NCBI GenBank assembly: GCA_946965045.2
Contig: OX337228.1
Span: forward strand, 6,386,001-6,450,000
Source: Epithemia pelagica
Taxonomy: Eukaryota > Protista > Bacillariophyta
Length of the DNA: 64,000 bases
Reading direction: 5' to 3'
Positions 44,085 to 55,566 of this stretch are shown here, one piece after another (within the stretch, counting starts at the first letter, position 1; each line of letters opens with the position of its first letter). Below the pieces are notes generated by a model, which had not been told where the DNA came from, searched no databases, and saw nothing but the letters and a program-made list of their open reading frames with translations. The position numbers and the translations under genes are program-made.

Positions 44085-46298
44085 CTAATTCTCTTCGGAT
44101 GTGGCAACATTTGGCTTGGTTTTGGTCGTTGTACATCCCTTGGGCCATAGGCCACCCCACCGGGTTCGTCGGGCAGCCTCGTAAATTCCGGGAGCCCAAT
44201 TGCTCTTACTCTTGGGTACAACATACCGAACAATGCCCGAATCCTCACAACCATCAATGTACACATGTCGGTTCTTTTTGGTGGACGATCGAACAATGCG
44301 ACTAAAGGAGGACAGGTTGCCCCGCACGAGTTCGAGGCCCAGCTCATCTTGTTCGGAATCCAAATACTTGGTCGCCAGTTTCGATACGGCCCGATCCATT
44401 CGTTTCTTGCTGGGATGGTTGTCCGGTAAGGTAACATGTTGGGCGAGCATATCACCGAGACGAATGCCTTGAAAGCCTGGAGCATCCTGGACATAGCTTT
44501 GTCCCGGTAGTCGCTTTTGAGCGACCAAGTACGAAAAGCTTTCATTGGACTTCTCTCCTGGAAAGGTATGGACAAATCGACAAAATCCACGTTTGGTAAA
44601 TCGTTCCACATCATTTTCATTGTTGTAGTCCGCGTTTCCGCTTTGGTCCGTGACATCAATCACCTTCTTGTCCGAGAACTTTTTTTTGCCTTGCAGTGGC
44701 TCTTCCTCCTCTTCTTCTTCTTCGTACTCATCTTCTTCCTCGTACTCATCTTCATCCTCTTCGTACTCCTCCTCCTCATCATCTTCTTGTGCTGTGCGGT
44801 TGGCTTGTTGCTCGTGTTCTTGTAGTTCCTTCCCCATGGAGGCGACATTTTCAAATCGCCACAGGGGGCAGGTTCCATTGTGAGTACAGGGTGCAATAAT
44901 ATGACATTCTTCCTTGGGTTCTTGTAAAGTTATTTCGTCGTCTGGCATTTCTTGTGATGATGCGTTATTGTTATTCGTGTTATTCTTGTTGTTTGTGGAT
45001 GGTGGACAGGCTTCCAAGAGCATGTTGCGAATGCTTTTAATGGTGGAAAAGCCATCGGGAGTGCCCGGTTCAATCACAACCAAGAGGCCTCCTGGTGCTA
45101 GTTTCTCCCACAAGAGGGCAGCGGCGGCCAAATTGGCGGCCGGGTGTTTGATTTCGGTAGCGGTATAGGTAAACAAACACAGGTCAAAGACATTGCGATT
45201 GAGCGACGACGTTAGTTTTTCGGCCGACAAGGTTGGATCGGACGTCAAGTGGGCACTCAGGGTAATCCGAGGCGACAAGATGGGTGGAGGAATTTCTGTT
45301 TTCTCGTTCTCGTTATTGTTGGCTGGCTCTTTGGGCTTGTTTGTTTCATTGCAATGTTGGACAAATCCTTGCAACATGTGTTCAGCGGCTTGTCGCATGG
45401 CTTTGCTGGCATCAATGCCATGAATCCATTCAATCGGAGAATCTTTTCCAAAGACATGCATGGCCGCCGCCGAAGCACTTCCACATCCAATGCCAAAATC
45501 CAAAATACGCTTCGGTCGAAAGGTCCAGGGTTCATCATGTGGTGGTGGTGGTTGGTTTGGGTCATTGTTGTTGTTGTTGTTGCTGCTGTTTTCGTGACGC
45601 GATGGTCGTCCCAATAAACTATAGGCTTCTTCCAAGACGCGTTTGGTTATGTGAAAATTGGGTTGCGATCGATACACAACATGAGCCAAGGTTTCCCGCG
45701 GTCCATAGAGAATGGGAGTGACATTGTCATCTTGTTTTTGATAATGTTTCTTTTGATATTTGTAGCTGGCAGGATGATTGGGACTTTCTCGTTGCCGAGC
45801 ACGATCCCGAGCATGGGCCAAGGCTCTCATGGCACGAATCGTTTTGGCCCAGATCGGATTCAAGGCCTTGCGCGTCGTGGCATGTTTGGTTTCCTTGAGC
45901 AGGGTTGCCATGGATTGATGAATTCCATCATGTCTGGCTTGAAAGGAGGCTCTCCAGGGAGCACGGGCCGCCGTAGACAACAATTCTTTCCATGGATTCC
46001 GTTCGATATTCCAAGATTGGGTAATGGCATCGACCCAATGGAGTTCCTTGTCTTTGTGGTCGGATGAGGATGCTTCGTCTTGTTCGACTTGGACGACGTT
46101 GGCTCGAGTACTTAATGTCGTCGATCGAAGCGCCATGGGATTGGTTCGTTGTTGCACTCTGTTCGATCTAGCATGGCCCCAATACAGCCTGCTGCGTCGC
46201 AACAGCATCATGGTCACTCTTGTTGGTCGTTCGTTCGTTGGAGATGGGTTCGGCGTCGCTGTCGAACCACACACCAAAAAGATTTGTGTTGGTCGCAT
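44085..46298 (-). CDS. Mitochondrial small-subunit assembly methyltransferase-like protein (Rsm22/METTL17 family)
   Basis: ILDFGIGCGSA, IEPGTPDGF..I, IIAPCTH.G.CPL, FSYLV and Y.AAR..RWGGLWP. An alternative start is the ATG at 46211. Confidence 0.88.
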   Translation of the reverse strand: MRPTQIFLVCGSTATPNPSPTNERPTRVTMMLLRRSRLYWGHARSNRVQQRTNPMALRSTTLSTRANVVQVEQDEASSSDHKDKELHWVDAITQSWNIERNPWKELLSTAARAPWRASFQARHDGIHQSMATLLKETKHATTRKALNPIWAKTIRAMRALAHARDRARQRESPNHPASYKYQKKHYQKQDDNVTPILYGPRETLAHVVYRSQPNFHITKRVLEEAYSLLGRPSRHENSSNNNNNNDPNQPPPPHDEPWTFRPKRILDFGIGCGSASAAAMHVFGKDSPIEWIHGIDASKAMRQAAEHMLQGFVQHCNETNKPKEPANNNENEKTEIPPPILSPRITLSAHLTSDPTLSAEKLTSSLNRNVFDLCLFTYTATEIKHPAANLAAAALLWEKLAPGGLLVVIEPGTPDGFSTIKSIRNMLLEACPPSTNNKNNTNNNNASSQEMPDDEITLQEPKEECHIIAPCTHNGTCPLWRFENVASMGKELQEHEQQANRTAQEDDEEEEYEEDEDEYEEEDEYEEEEEEEEPLQGKKKFSDKKVIDVTDQSGNADYNNENDVERFTKRGFCRFVHTFPGEKSNESFSYLVAQKRLPGQSYVQDAPGFQGIRLGDMLAQHVTLPDNHPSKKRMDRAVSKLATKYLDSEQDELGLELVRGNLSSFSRIVRSSTKKNRHVYIDGCEDSGIVRYVVPKSKSNWAPGIYEAARRTRWGGLWPKGCTTTKTKPNVATSEEN

Positions 46299-46988
46299 AC
46301 GGGATCACGACCAAAATGGTATCTTTCGATCCTCTTCTCCTTTCCCTCCCTTCCTATATTTTCAAGCAGCAGCAGCAGCCACAAAAGGTGGAGACTACTG
46401 GATCGATGATGTGTCCAAAGCGCAAGATGGTGGTATATTGAAGCAAGGTATGGAAACCGGCACCAGCCGACGCCTTGGTGGGTCCTCCAGGCCACCAGGC
46501 TATCCAGTCACTCACGGCACATTCTATTGGCCAGCGCCGCCACCCATGTGCGATGACCGTTCCGCAAGGCCCCACGTTTTGATTGGATCGCAAATAATAT
46601 ATGGACACAACCGCTTGTCGGCCGTTCCGCATGTCGAAGAACGAAGCACCAACAAGAATAGTAACAACCAACGACAACAGAAGACACGACGACGACTCTG
46701 GAACAAGAATCAATGAGCGAGAAAAAAGAGAGAGACTGTGGATGGCCACAAGACAATGGGAACCCCCCTACATCCTTGTTGTTGTTGTTGTTGTTGTTGG
46801 TGGTGGCGTGTGTGGGATGGAACGGAGCAACGCCGTGGTGTGGTTGTTGGGCCGTTGTCTGTGTGTGAGTGTGTATCGTTAATCCGACTACTAGCACGTG
46901 TTGGATCTCTTATTTGACTCATACCTTGTTGGAATCCTTCGAGCTATTGTAGTAGTAGAGAGAGACTGCAAGCTGCTTAGCGTATGGA

Positions 46989-48212
46989 TTGCACCGTGTC
47001 TTTCTTTCATTGGAACTTGGAACCAATCTTCCTAGGCAAAAAATAGAGAGAGCGCTAGAGAGCGTAGCACGAAGTGAGTTTGCAGCCGTGGTATGCCATG
47101 GAGCTCTGTACGCCATTGGGGGAGCAAATGATGAGTCAACTTTGTCCACCATTGAAAGAATTAACATTGAAGATTTGGTTTCTTCATCAGTCGCAAGCCA
47201 TCGAGACAATCAGCAGTGGAAGACGTTGGACTGTCGTTTATCGTGCGACAGAAAAGGATGCGCCGCTGTCGTCGTACATGACAGATTCATTATTGTGGCG
47301 GGTGGAGTAGGTGAAGATGACGATTTTCTTTCATCAATTGAGACTATTGACACGTGCTCCAAAAGTCAATGTTTTGTCATATCTGGACCACATATGAATG
47401 TGGCTCGAAGTGCCTTCGGAATGGCCGTGATTGGTTCAACTATTTATGCCGTTGGTGGTAGGCGCCAATATGAACCAGCACCGGTAGTTGGCTCTGTCGT
47501 CCTGGATGAAGATGAATGGGATTGGCTGGATGATTACGAACCGTATGTTAGCTCTGTGGAGTACCTGGATGTAGATGATTGGCTGAAAGAAGGACCCCCA
47601 AGCGCAACATCTGTGTCTACATCCACCATGTCCTGGCAGATTCACAAGGCTCTTAGTCTTCGCACTCCTCGATGTGACCATGGTATGGTCAGAGTGGGCT
47701 CTTGCCTTGTCGTTGTAGGAGGGCATAAAATTGGAGATTCGTGCCATTCTGTGGAGGCCCTGGACACGCAACGCAACGTTGTATGGGAGCTGCCAGAAAT
47801 ACAAGGAGCCGTAGGCGGAGTTTATAACGTGGTTGCCATTTCAAGTGGCATTATATTGATCAACGGTTGGTATTCGACACACCAGGATTCGGGTGAAAGA
47901 TTGTCTCTTGTGGATATGAACTCTATGTGTTTCGCTCAATTGATGGCTCTGGGTAAGGCTTCAATGTTGACCCGAGGGGGCGCCGGATTCAATGGACGAA
48001 CGCAACAGTTCGAGAAACTTCAAAACGAGAACCGAGAGCTAACACTAGAGGTCGCATCATTGAACGATGAAAAACACAAACTTGAACAAGAACTAGAACG
48101 TGCACATGCACACAACCGTGAGTTGGACGCACGATTGGAAGAAGCATGGACATCGAGTCGATTACTCAATCTCTTGCTAGGTGAAGAACGTGGCGATCAC
48201 GAGAGTCTCTAG
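46989..48212 (+). CDS. Kelch-repeat protein with C-terminal coiled coil, lacking an in-frame 5' ATG (truncated or missing an exon)
   Basis: Four to five Kelch repeats (ARSEFAAV..LYAIGG; RKGCAAV..IIVAGG; ARSAFGMA..IYAVGG; RCDHGMV..LVVVGG). In-frame TAG at 46956 with no ATG before the first repeat. Confidence 0.7.
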   Translation: MHRVFLSLELGTNLPRQKIERALESVARSEFAAVVCHGALYAIGGANDESTLSTIERINIEDLVSSSVASHRDNQQWKTLDCRLSCDRKGCAAVVVHDRFIIVAGGVGEDDDFLSSIETIDTCSKSQCFVISGPHMNVARSAFGMAVIGSTIYAVGGRRQYEPAPVVGSVVLDEDEWDWLDDYEPYVSSVEYLDVDDWLKEGPPSATSVSTSTMSWQIHKALSLRTPRCDHGMVRVGSCLVVVGGHKIGDSCHSVEALDTQRNVVWELPEIQGAVGGVYNVVAISSGIILINGWYSTHQDSGERLSLVDMNSMCFAQLMALGKASMLTRGGAGFNGRTQQFEKLQNENRELTLEVASLNDEKHKLEQELERAHAHNRELDARLEEAWTSSRLLNLLLGEERGDHESL

Positions 48213-51119
48213 AAATCGTCCTCAGAAACCATGGAAGATCGAGGTTGACCGGGCCACAAAACAAACATGGGAGGTCAAGCAAGAAATGCATAGCCTGAAA
48301 ACAGAAATGAGTCCCAAACTGTGGTAACTAAGAGACTTTGAACAGAAAGGACTACAGCCTACGAAGAGTGACAAGAAAACAAGCAAGTCCGACACAAGGA
48401 AGGGGGCACTTTTGAGAAAGGGGAATTTTATGCAAAAAAATAAGCTCTACATTAGATGAAATGGTTGTGCACTTACCTTCATGTGCTTACGAGACTGGGC
48501 CTCGGTTAGACATTTCAGTCCTTGTCGAATAACAACAATGCTGCTTCGACAAGGTTTAGTGTTTTTACAAAGAGGGTTCCCTCAGAAACATCTAACTTTG
48601 CTCTCAGATGATACAAGCGATTGGCTCCACCATCAGAAACATAGGCATGGTCAAAACGGACCGTGAAAAAGGAGTGGTTTGACTGGGTTCCGGTCAGTCG
48701 CTCGCAGTAAAGGACGTACCCTCAAAATCCTCATCACCAAAGGACGCTTGTGGCAATTGTTGTGATTGTTTCACCGCTGGTCGGCATTGTCGACCGTTGA
48801 CGACATGCGTTTGTGGCTGGGCTTTGTTTCTTGTTGTCAAAGCAGTCGTCGTAACCATCCCTGCGGAACAAAGAGATTGAATTCGATAGAGGCACTCATA
48901 CTACACAGAATAAACAATACAGTGTAGACGTACGTACCCGTGCTCCACACAAGCCCGAATGGTCTCTGCTTCGGCGTTTGCTCGTTGATTGATTGTTCTT
49001 TGTCAACGTCGTTCCCAGACAGTCCACACGCAGCGATTCGACAACTCTATTATCCATAGACTTGGCCTTGACCCAAGTTTTGAGAGGATTCGATGGCATT
49101 GCCATTTTGGATAACGTCGACCTTGTACTTTTGGATTTCGTCCATCAAAAATGTCTTGCCGATTGGGACACGGTCAATCACTCCCGTATAGAGGGCAAAC
49201 CCAACAAATAGGCACACTGCTGCATTGCCACCAACATACAAACAAAGACACAAGAGAAGGAGACCATACGAAACAAAACAGTGGTGTGCACAAATACATG
49301 CACGACGACGACGATCACAGGTCATGCCACACACACACACTTTCACACATCCACGACGACACAAGACTCTCCTCACACTCTCAGTCTCACCTTGAGTGGG
49401 AATTTGACAAACCAATCGGCCGGTGCCTTGGGATCCGACAATTAGCTGAGGGAATCTCCCGTTATGCAAACGGATCCGAATCGGATCGCAATCCATCCTT
49501 ACTGTCACAGGTACGGGTACGAGTAACGGTGAATTTGGCCATGACCCGTTCCAGCAAGACCTCACCAAGATTTCTGACAGGACGGACCAGGCATTGTGGA
49601 AGCAACTCATTGAATCGGTCCCCCCTCAAAGCGCAACGGCGGCCGTTCGTTCCTTCACGGTCACACATCCAAGCCCTGTTTCCACAGGAACATGGCGGCC
49701 GTCCAACCACCCACACCGGCAATCGCCACCATGAGTGGACCCCAAGGATTCGTATGTAGGCTGCTTCTTGTTGTTGCGATGCACTGCTCCCCAATTGTGT
49801 GGTGGTGGTTGTTCTTGTTGTTGTATGTGGCCCAAAGGACCCTGCTGGTCGACAAGAGGCTGGAACGAGGACGACAAGACACTGGAATGCTGGAATCTTT
49901 CCGGCGCAACCAGTTTCGCCCAGAAACAGTAATAACGTTTTGGAGCAACTACGACATTCTGTGTGACGAAGAATCTCGGCCACACGGGTCACCAAGTCAT
50001 GGCTGGAGAAGATGTGCAAAACTTGCTGGATGCATACACGATATTGCACCTGCAATCAAATGGGTCGATTGGCAATCAATCAACACGAAACGTTCCAACA
50101 TGGACGAATGGTTCCAAGAAAGGCTTGTGTGGAGGTAAAGGCCGTGCCGGTGCTCACCACGAGGAACAGCAAGGATACCAACGTTGGACAATGCTCCGTG
50201 ATGGATGATCTCTCGTAGGACGTGTTGGTGTCGGCGGGGAGAGTACGTACTACTACGTACTACGTACTCCCATGTTTGTTCTGTGAAATCGATGAAAAAT
50301 GAAAAGCCAACATTTGGACTTTGTGCACGTTCGTCCAGTACGCGACCGGCGATTTCAAAGGCACGCTTGGCGCTCGTTGTTCGCCTTGCAATTCTCATCC
50401 CCCAAAAGGTCCGAACTGTGTGACGGAGCAATGACTTTTGATAAATTCCAGCGCTGTGTAAGATTCTAGAGTTTAATATTCACTAATAATTTTGATCTTT
50501 TTATCTCTGGGGATTTCTGTCATTGTGGAGCTACATCTTTCGCATCACATAACGACGAACCGAGATTCGAAAAATAATAGTACCAAAGGCACGGAAGCAA
50601 ATTGCACTTGCATTCCCTCCTCCGTTCTCGTTGTGGTCGTTGGTGCGCACTGCCATGCTTGCTCCTACTTCTCTAAGTACCTAAGAGTATCAAAGGCAGC
50701 CCGCACCTCCCTTTCGACTGGTCCTCCTTTGAGACGCAAATCACTTACAACACCTACGCACATCAACACTTTTTCAAATATATCATACAGACAGTTACAC
50801 ACACGACGAGCTTTAGCATTGGCGGCAGCACATCGTTGGTGTGGTCGTTGGTCCGTTGCACACACAATAACCGTCGTCGCTGAGTCTGAGTGAGTGTGTG
50901 TGTGTGGAACCAAAGAAGAAACAGTATCTTTTGGTCGGGGAGAAACGTGTGAGGAATTCCTCCCTCCATCTTCTACAATAGAGACGAGACACACACGGTT
51001 TGGTTCTGTAACTTGGCAGTTGCTCGATTGTTGTTGGTACAGTTCATTGCTAGAATTCCCTTATTCCTTGTTCGAGTTTGTGGTTTGGATCGATCGATTG
51101 CGACACACCACCATCCACC

Positions 51120-53888
51120 ATGACACTCCAAACACCCGACCGATGCAGCAGCAGCAGAGTTGCTTCCTCCTTATTGATGTGGCAGACCCCACCCAGCACT
51201 AGTGACAACAACCACCACAAGGCGTCTCCCCCTCCTCCTCCTCCACCCGCCGTTCCCACCTTGGCGCAACTGGTCTGGCCTCACTTGGCCACCTTGACCG
51301 AAGCCACTCGAGTCGCACCCATTCCTCTCTTGAGCCTGGACGAGGAGCATGAACATGAGGAACCACAACGACAACACCAACAACGGAATACCAGGAACCA
51401 CCACACCATGGCAACCGTCTTGTCCTTGCCCGAGGCCTCCTCCGCTCCCCATCAACCACAACTTCCGCATGAAGAAGAAGAAGAAGAAGAAGAAATTGTC
51501 TTTGATTGGAATCCAGAATTTCATTCACCACCCTTGCCCACCACCACCTTACGGGCCCGTAGTAGTAGTAGCACCCGAACCACAACCACAACGACCCGTG
51601 GTGCAACCACGGCAGTACTACAAGACTCCTCTTTTGGTCCTCCTACGACCCAGGAGACTGCTCGAATGGATGCTACTACAATAGAGTTGCCTCCTTGCAT
51701 GCCAGAACATCAACGAGCACAAGAAGAAGCAACAGCAGCTGCCCATCAGGACCTCTTTGGTAGTGTTTCTCCTGCTTCCCCGTGTTGTACCATGGACTTG
51801 CTCCCCCAATTGGCTTCTCCTCCTCCATTGGCTTCGTTGTGTACCACGACACCTCCTCGCCTCCACGATGCTGCTACGGCTACCATTACTCAAAAACGAC
51901 AGTGGCATTCTCGCTCTGGAAGTCCTCCCGAATCCAATACCAGCAGTACCTGCAGTAGTGGCGACGGCCACCACAACCTCAACAAGAAAAGTAGTAGCAG
52001 TAGTCGTCGTCCTTCGGCGGCCAAAAAGTCCAAACCCTGCGATTCTCCGGCTCGACCATGGGTGCCCCTGGCCTGGCGCAATCGCACCGGTCCAGCATCC
52101 TCGTCCCGAGCCCTTCAACGACGATCGCACAGCAATACCGGAGTGGTCATTCCCTTGCCCTTCATGGCCTCCTTGCCTTGTGTGGCGGAACAACAAGGAG
52201 GTGCAACCGGACAAGAAGAACTTCTTCCACAAGGCCCCTTGTTGCCATCCGCCTCCCACGACGAGGAGGAAGAAGCAGAATTGGTGGCTGCTGCTGCCCA
52301 CAAACCTCTGACACCACCCCGCTTGCCGCCGCGCTTATCCACTCACGCTGCTGTTGGCCAGGGTGACGAAACGGACTGGTCTCCCCCAGACCACTTGCGC
52401 CGCTTTTGGCATGAAGGGGCCTTGCAACGTCAATTGGCCTCCTCGACCACAGGAGCCGCCGGCGGAGGATTGTTGTCCTCCTTGTATTATTCCAAAGTTA
52501 GTTCCGCTTGTCAGCCCCAAGTGTCCAGTTCTTCAGTGTTGCAACCAGGACCTCCTCGTCGCGTCACGTCCCCCACGACCTACAGTAGTCAGGAAAGCAG
52601 CAGTACTCTGGCCCAACAAGGATCGTTGCCCTCCTCCGTGTCGGAACGAGCACACGGCGACGACGATGATCATGATTTGGACCCAGAAGACGAAACGGCA
52701 CCAGCAACGACCTCGACATGGTTGGGTGCTCCCCAATTGCAAGAACCAGTCCTTGCGGAACCTCAAGATCAAGAAGACTGTGAGGAGGATGAAGACGACT
52801 GTGATGACGACTTGGAAGACGACGATGCTGATTCGGTGCAGGCCATTGCCCGCGAACGGACGCGCCACACGGCGCCTCCTCCTTCTGTCGTGGCATCCAT
52901 TACCCATGGATTGAATCAAGTGCATTTGGACCAGGAGGCGGAGTACGAGACTCATCCTCCTGCCTTGTTGTTGCCGCCGGCATCTCTATCCCAATCTCAG
53001 TATCACGATCACGAACCTTCTCGTTTGGCTGCCATTTACCACCACCAAGACAAGGAAGAAGAAGAAGACTACGAGGAGGAGGACGATGAAGAAGATTGCG
53101 ATTCGGTCCATGCCGTGTCGACCCGCCGCGCGGCTCCTCGTACACCCTCTCCCCCATCTGTGACTTTGTCCTTGCAGACGCAACCTTTGAAACCAGCAGC
53201 AGCATCCTCCAAGTACTTGTTGCCTACGAAGGCTCCCACCGCGGGTAAGAAGAAATCTCCTTCTCCGCCCTCCGTTTCCCGTCGTCCCTTGACCGTCCCC
53301 AAGGGTCCCCGTCTCCGATTGGAAGCCAAGTACGGATCCAAACAGCAATCACAACAGCAGCAGCATTCGCCACCACCCTTGACGCACAAACCGGCCGTGG
53401 TTCGTCGCCGTCCCGTGACGACGTACTCCTCCAAGACTGTACCCCCACCGTCCATTCCCACCATGCACGATTGCCATACCAAGTACGAGTATACCACCAA
53501 GGAAGATGACGATACGGCCACAACGGCCGCCACGACCATTTGTAGCAAGACGAGTGCGGCCTGGTCCTTGTCGTCGTCCGGTTCCTCGTCGGCCTTTTCG
53601 CGATCGTCGTCGGGTCGATCCACCACATCGGCTTCGTCTTTCCTGTCGGTTCCATCGGCCAGTCGGATTCCTCACCGTCGTCCCTACTTGTGGTCGACCG
53701 AATCGGCCCATTCGACACCCCCGAAAACCAAGCAGCAACACTCGTCCTTGTTGCCCAAACCCACGCGTCGGGCCTTGACCGTTCCCAAGGCACCGAAATT
53801 GCAATTGGAAGCCAAGTATGGTGCCTCCAAACATGCTGCTTCGACACGTGGCGGTGGCGGCGGAGCCACACACAAACCAGTGTCGTAA
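51120..53888 (+). CDS. Large disordered Ser/Thr/Pro/Glu-rich protein with two LTVPKxPxLxLEAKYG motifs
   Basis: Long open frame. The motif is repeated at about 53286-53336 and 53772-53822. Confidence 0.7.
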   Translation: MTLQTPDRCSSSRVASSLLMWQTPPSTSDNNHHKASPPPPPPPAVPTLAQLVWPHLATLTEATRVAPIPLLSLDEEHEHEEPQRQHQQRNTRNHHTMATVLSLPEASSAPHQPQLPHEEEEEEEEIVFDWNPEFHSPPLPTTTLRARSSSSTRTTTTTTRGATTAVLQDSSFGPPTTQETARMDATTIELPPCMPEHQRAQEEATAAAHQDLFGSVSPASPCCTMDLLPQLASPPPLASLCTTTPPRLHDAATATITQKRQWHSRSGSPPESNTSSTCSSGDGHHNLNKKSSSSSRRPSAAKKSKPCDSPARPWVPLAWRNRTGPASSSRALQRRSHSNTGVVIPLPFMASLPCVAEQQGGATGQEELLPQGPLLPSASHDEEEEAELVAAAAHKPLTPPRLPPRLSTHAAVGQGDETDWSPPDHLRRFWHEGALQRQLASSTTGAAGGGLLSSLYYSKVSSACQPQVSSSSVLQPGPPRRVTSPTTYSSQESSSTLAQQGSLPSSVSERAHGDDDDHDLDPEDETAPATTSTWLGAPQLQEPVLAEPQDQEDCEEDEDDCDDDLEDDDADSVQAIARERTRHTAPPPSVVASITHGLNQVHLDQEAEYETHPPALLLPPASLSQSQYHDHEPSRLAAIYHHQDKEEEEDYEEEDDEEDCDSVHAVSTRRAAPRTPSPPSVTLSLQTQPLKPAAASSKYLLPTKAPTAGKKKSPSPPSVSRRPLTVPKGPRLRLEAKYGSKQQSQQQQHSPPPLTHKPAVVRRRPVTTYSSKTVPPPSIPTMHDCHTKYEYTTKEDDDTATTAATTICSKTSAAWSLSSSGSSSAFSRSSSGRSTTSASSFLSVPSASRIPHRRPYLWSTESAHSTPPKTKQQHSSLLPKPTRRALTVPKAPKLQLEAKYGASKHAASTRGGGGGATHKPVS

Positions 53889-55566
53889 CAGCAAGAAACC
53901 AAAACCCGAGAAACCACGGGAGCGAGACAGGCCGAGCCTGTTTCTTGTTTGGGAACACGTGAACACACACATATGTTGGAGTGGATTCCATAGTACATGC
54001 GCGGTGACCAGAAAGCAGCATCCATGGGGAGATGCTGTTGGTTGGACCAACGCGCGCAATGGAATTGTTTGCCACTCCAGTAGACAAGTCTCCTTTTCTC
54101 TTGTGGTTAACAAAAGAGAGAGAGCGAGCGAGAGATTGTATATAGCTTTGACCCTGGTAGAATCCAAAAGAACTGTTACTAGAACCTAAATCATTCCAAT
54201 GGAATCCATTTGGAAGATTTGATAGACCTCTAGGTATTCGTTTGTCCTGTTGGAGTGGGAGAGGTTTTGTTCGGCAAATTTGCCACCACCAACAGAAGAG
54301 GAGGTACCGATCCACAGTTGTAGAGTGTTGTGGCCACCCACGAGAGGAGGTACGTACCGAGTTGTAAGAGGGGTAGAGTAGTAGTGGTGGGGATGCGTTG
54401 GCCATTGTGTTTCGGTTCTCCCCCAAAAGAAAACACTGGTGTGTCCCCCAGTCTCCTCTACCTAGAGAGAGAGAGTCGGCGTGTGTTTTTTCTTTGTATC
54501 GAGGGACAACGACTCTCTTATACCGAGAAAGGAGAGAGAGAGAGATGGAATGTCGGCCGTCGTTTCCAGGAAAGTACCATACTCCAAGAATGGTAGGTAG
54601 GTAGGTCGGTTGGATCGTTGCGGTGTGTACTATGTGTGGGAGTGTGGTGTGTCGCTTCGTGAAAAAAGAAGAAGAAAAAGGAGAACCCACAAACGACGCA
54701 GCGACCGTGCACATTGTGTGGCATGGCTGGATCATTATTCGCCCTCCACTACAATGTCGAACAAGCTCAGCTCCCATGCAAAAAAAACAAGAACCCACAA
54801 CCGGTCGCATGGCTGGATCCAATGCCAAGTCGAACAAGTTCAGCTCCAATGCAAAACAGAACAAGAACAAGAAGCCGATGAGGATGAGGATAATGAAGAA
54901 GAAGAGCAGCAACAAGACTGTGGGAGAAGTTTTGTGGCTAGTCTGAAAAATCGGGAGCTCGGCCGGCTGTCCAGGAATTATCAAGGCCGGCCGGGTGTGA
55001 AGTTTGGGGGATTGGTCCCTGCAACAGACAAGGGAGTGAGTCGTATATGGGTGTGTAGATTATGGGGGGAGATGGGGGGCCATTCGGATAAGAGAGTGGA
55101 CCAAGTCCAAGGACGCCAACAACGACGACAATAAGGCGGATAGATACAATAGATAGGCCGTTGACATCCAACCGTTGATAGGGATTCGGGTCGCCGGTCC
55201 TCCAAATTTTTGGAGGAAGAACCGATCCCGATCCGTCTGTTGAAACACAGAACACGATCTACCATGTCGAAAAATTGAGAAGGAGAAGACAAGCAAGCAA
55301 TAGAGCAAGGGAATGAATTCTCTCCAACCCAGAGACGATTTTATTTTGTCCGGCTCTCTTTCTCTCGTTTTGTTTCTGGACGTTGCCCCCTCTGACTTTG
55401 GGCAAGCAAAGGACGAGGATACATCAACATCAGCACTACAACGAGTTGCTCTTCTAAACTAGCAAGGGGACCACTGAAATCACCAAAAAGGCAAGGGGAG
55501 GTGTCGTTTGTTCTGGTTCGAGTTGGAGTGCCTGTGCCGATCGAGTGGCTGCTGTAGCAAAATATT

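Noticed and set aside
48896-51000. Protein-like fragments on both strands between the Kelch gene and the 51-kb ORF
   Set aside because: Several short frames look coding but are broken by stops, and I cannot decide the strand or family. Possibly a decayed gene; needs tBLASTx.
54721-54856. Imperfect direct repeat (GCATGGCTGGATC...GTCGAACAAG.TCAGCTCC.ATGCAAAA x2)
   Set aside because: Real but short, with no associated structure or ORF of note.
53224-54984. 586-aa minus-strand ORF and other long antisense ORFs (e.g. 21941-23215, 24044-24790, 55341-56177)
   Set aside because: These are shadow frames opposite low-complexity genes, with mostly non-ATG starts and no motifs.
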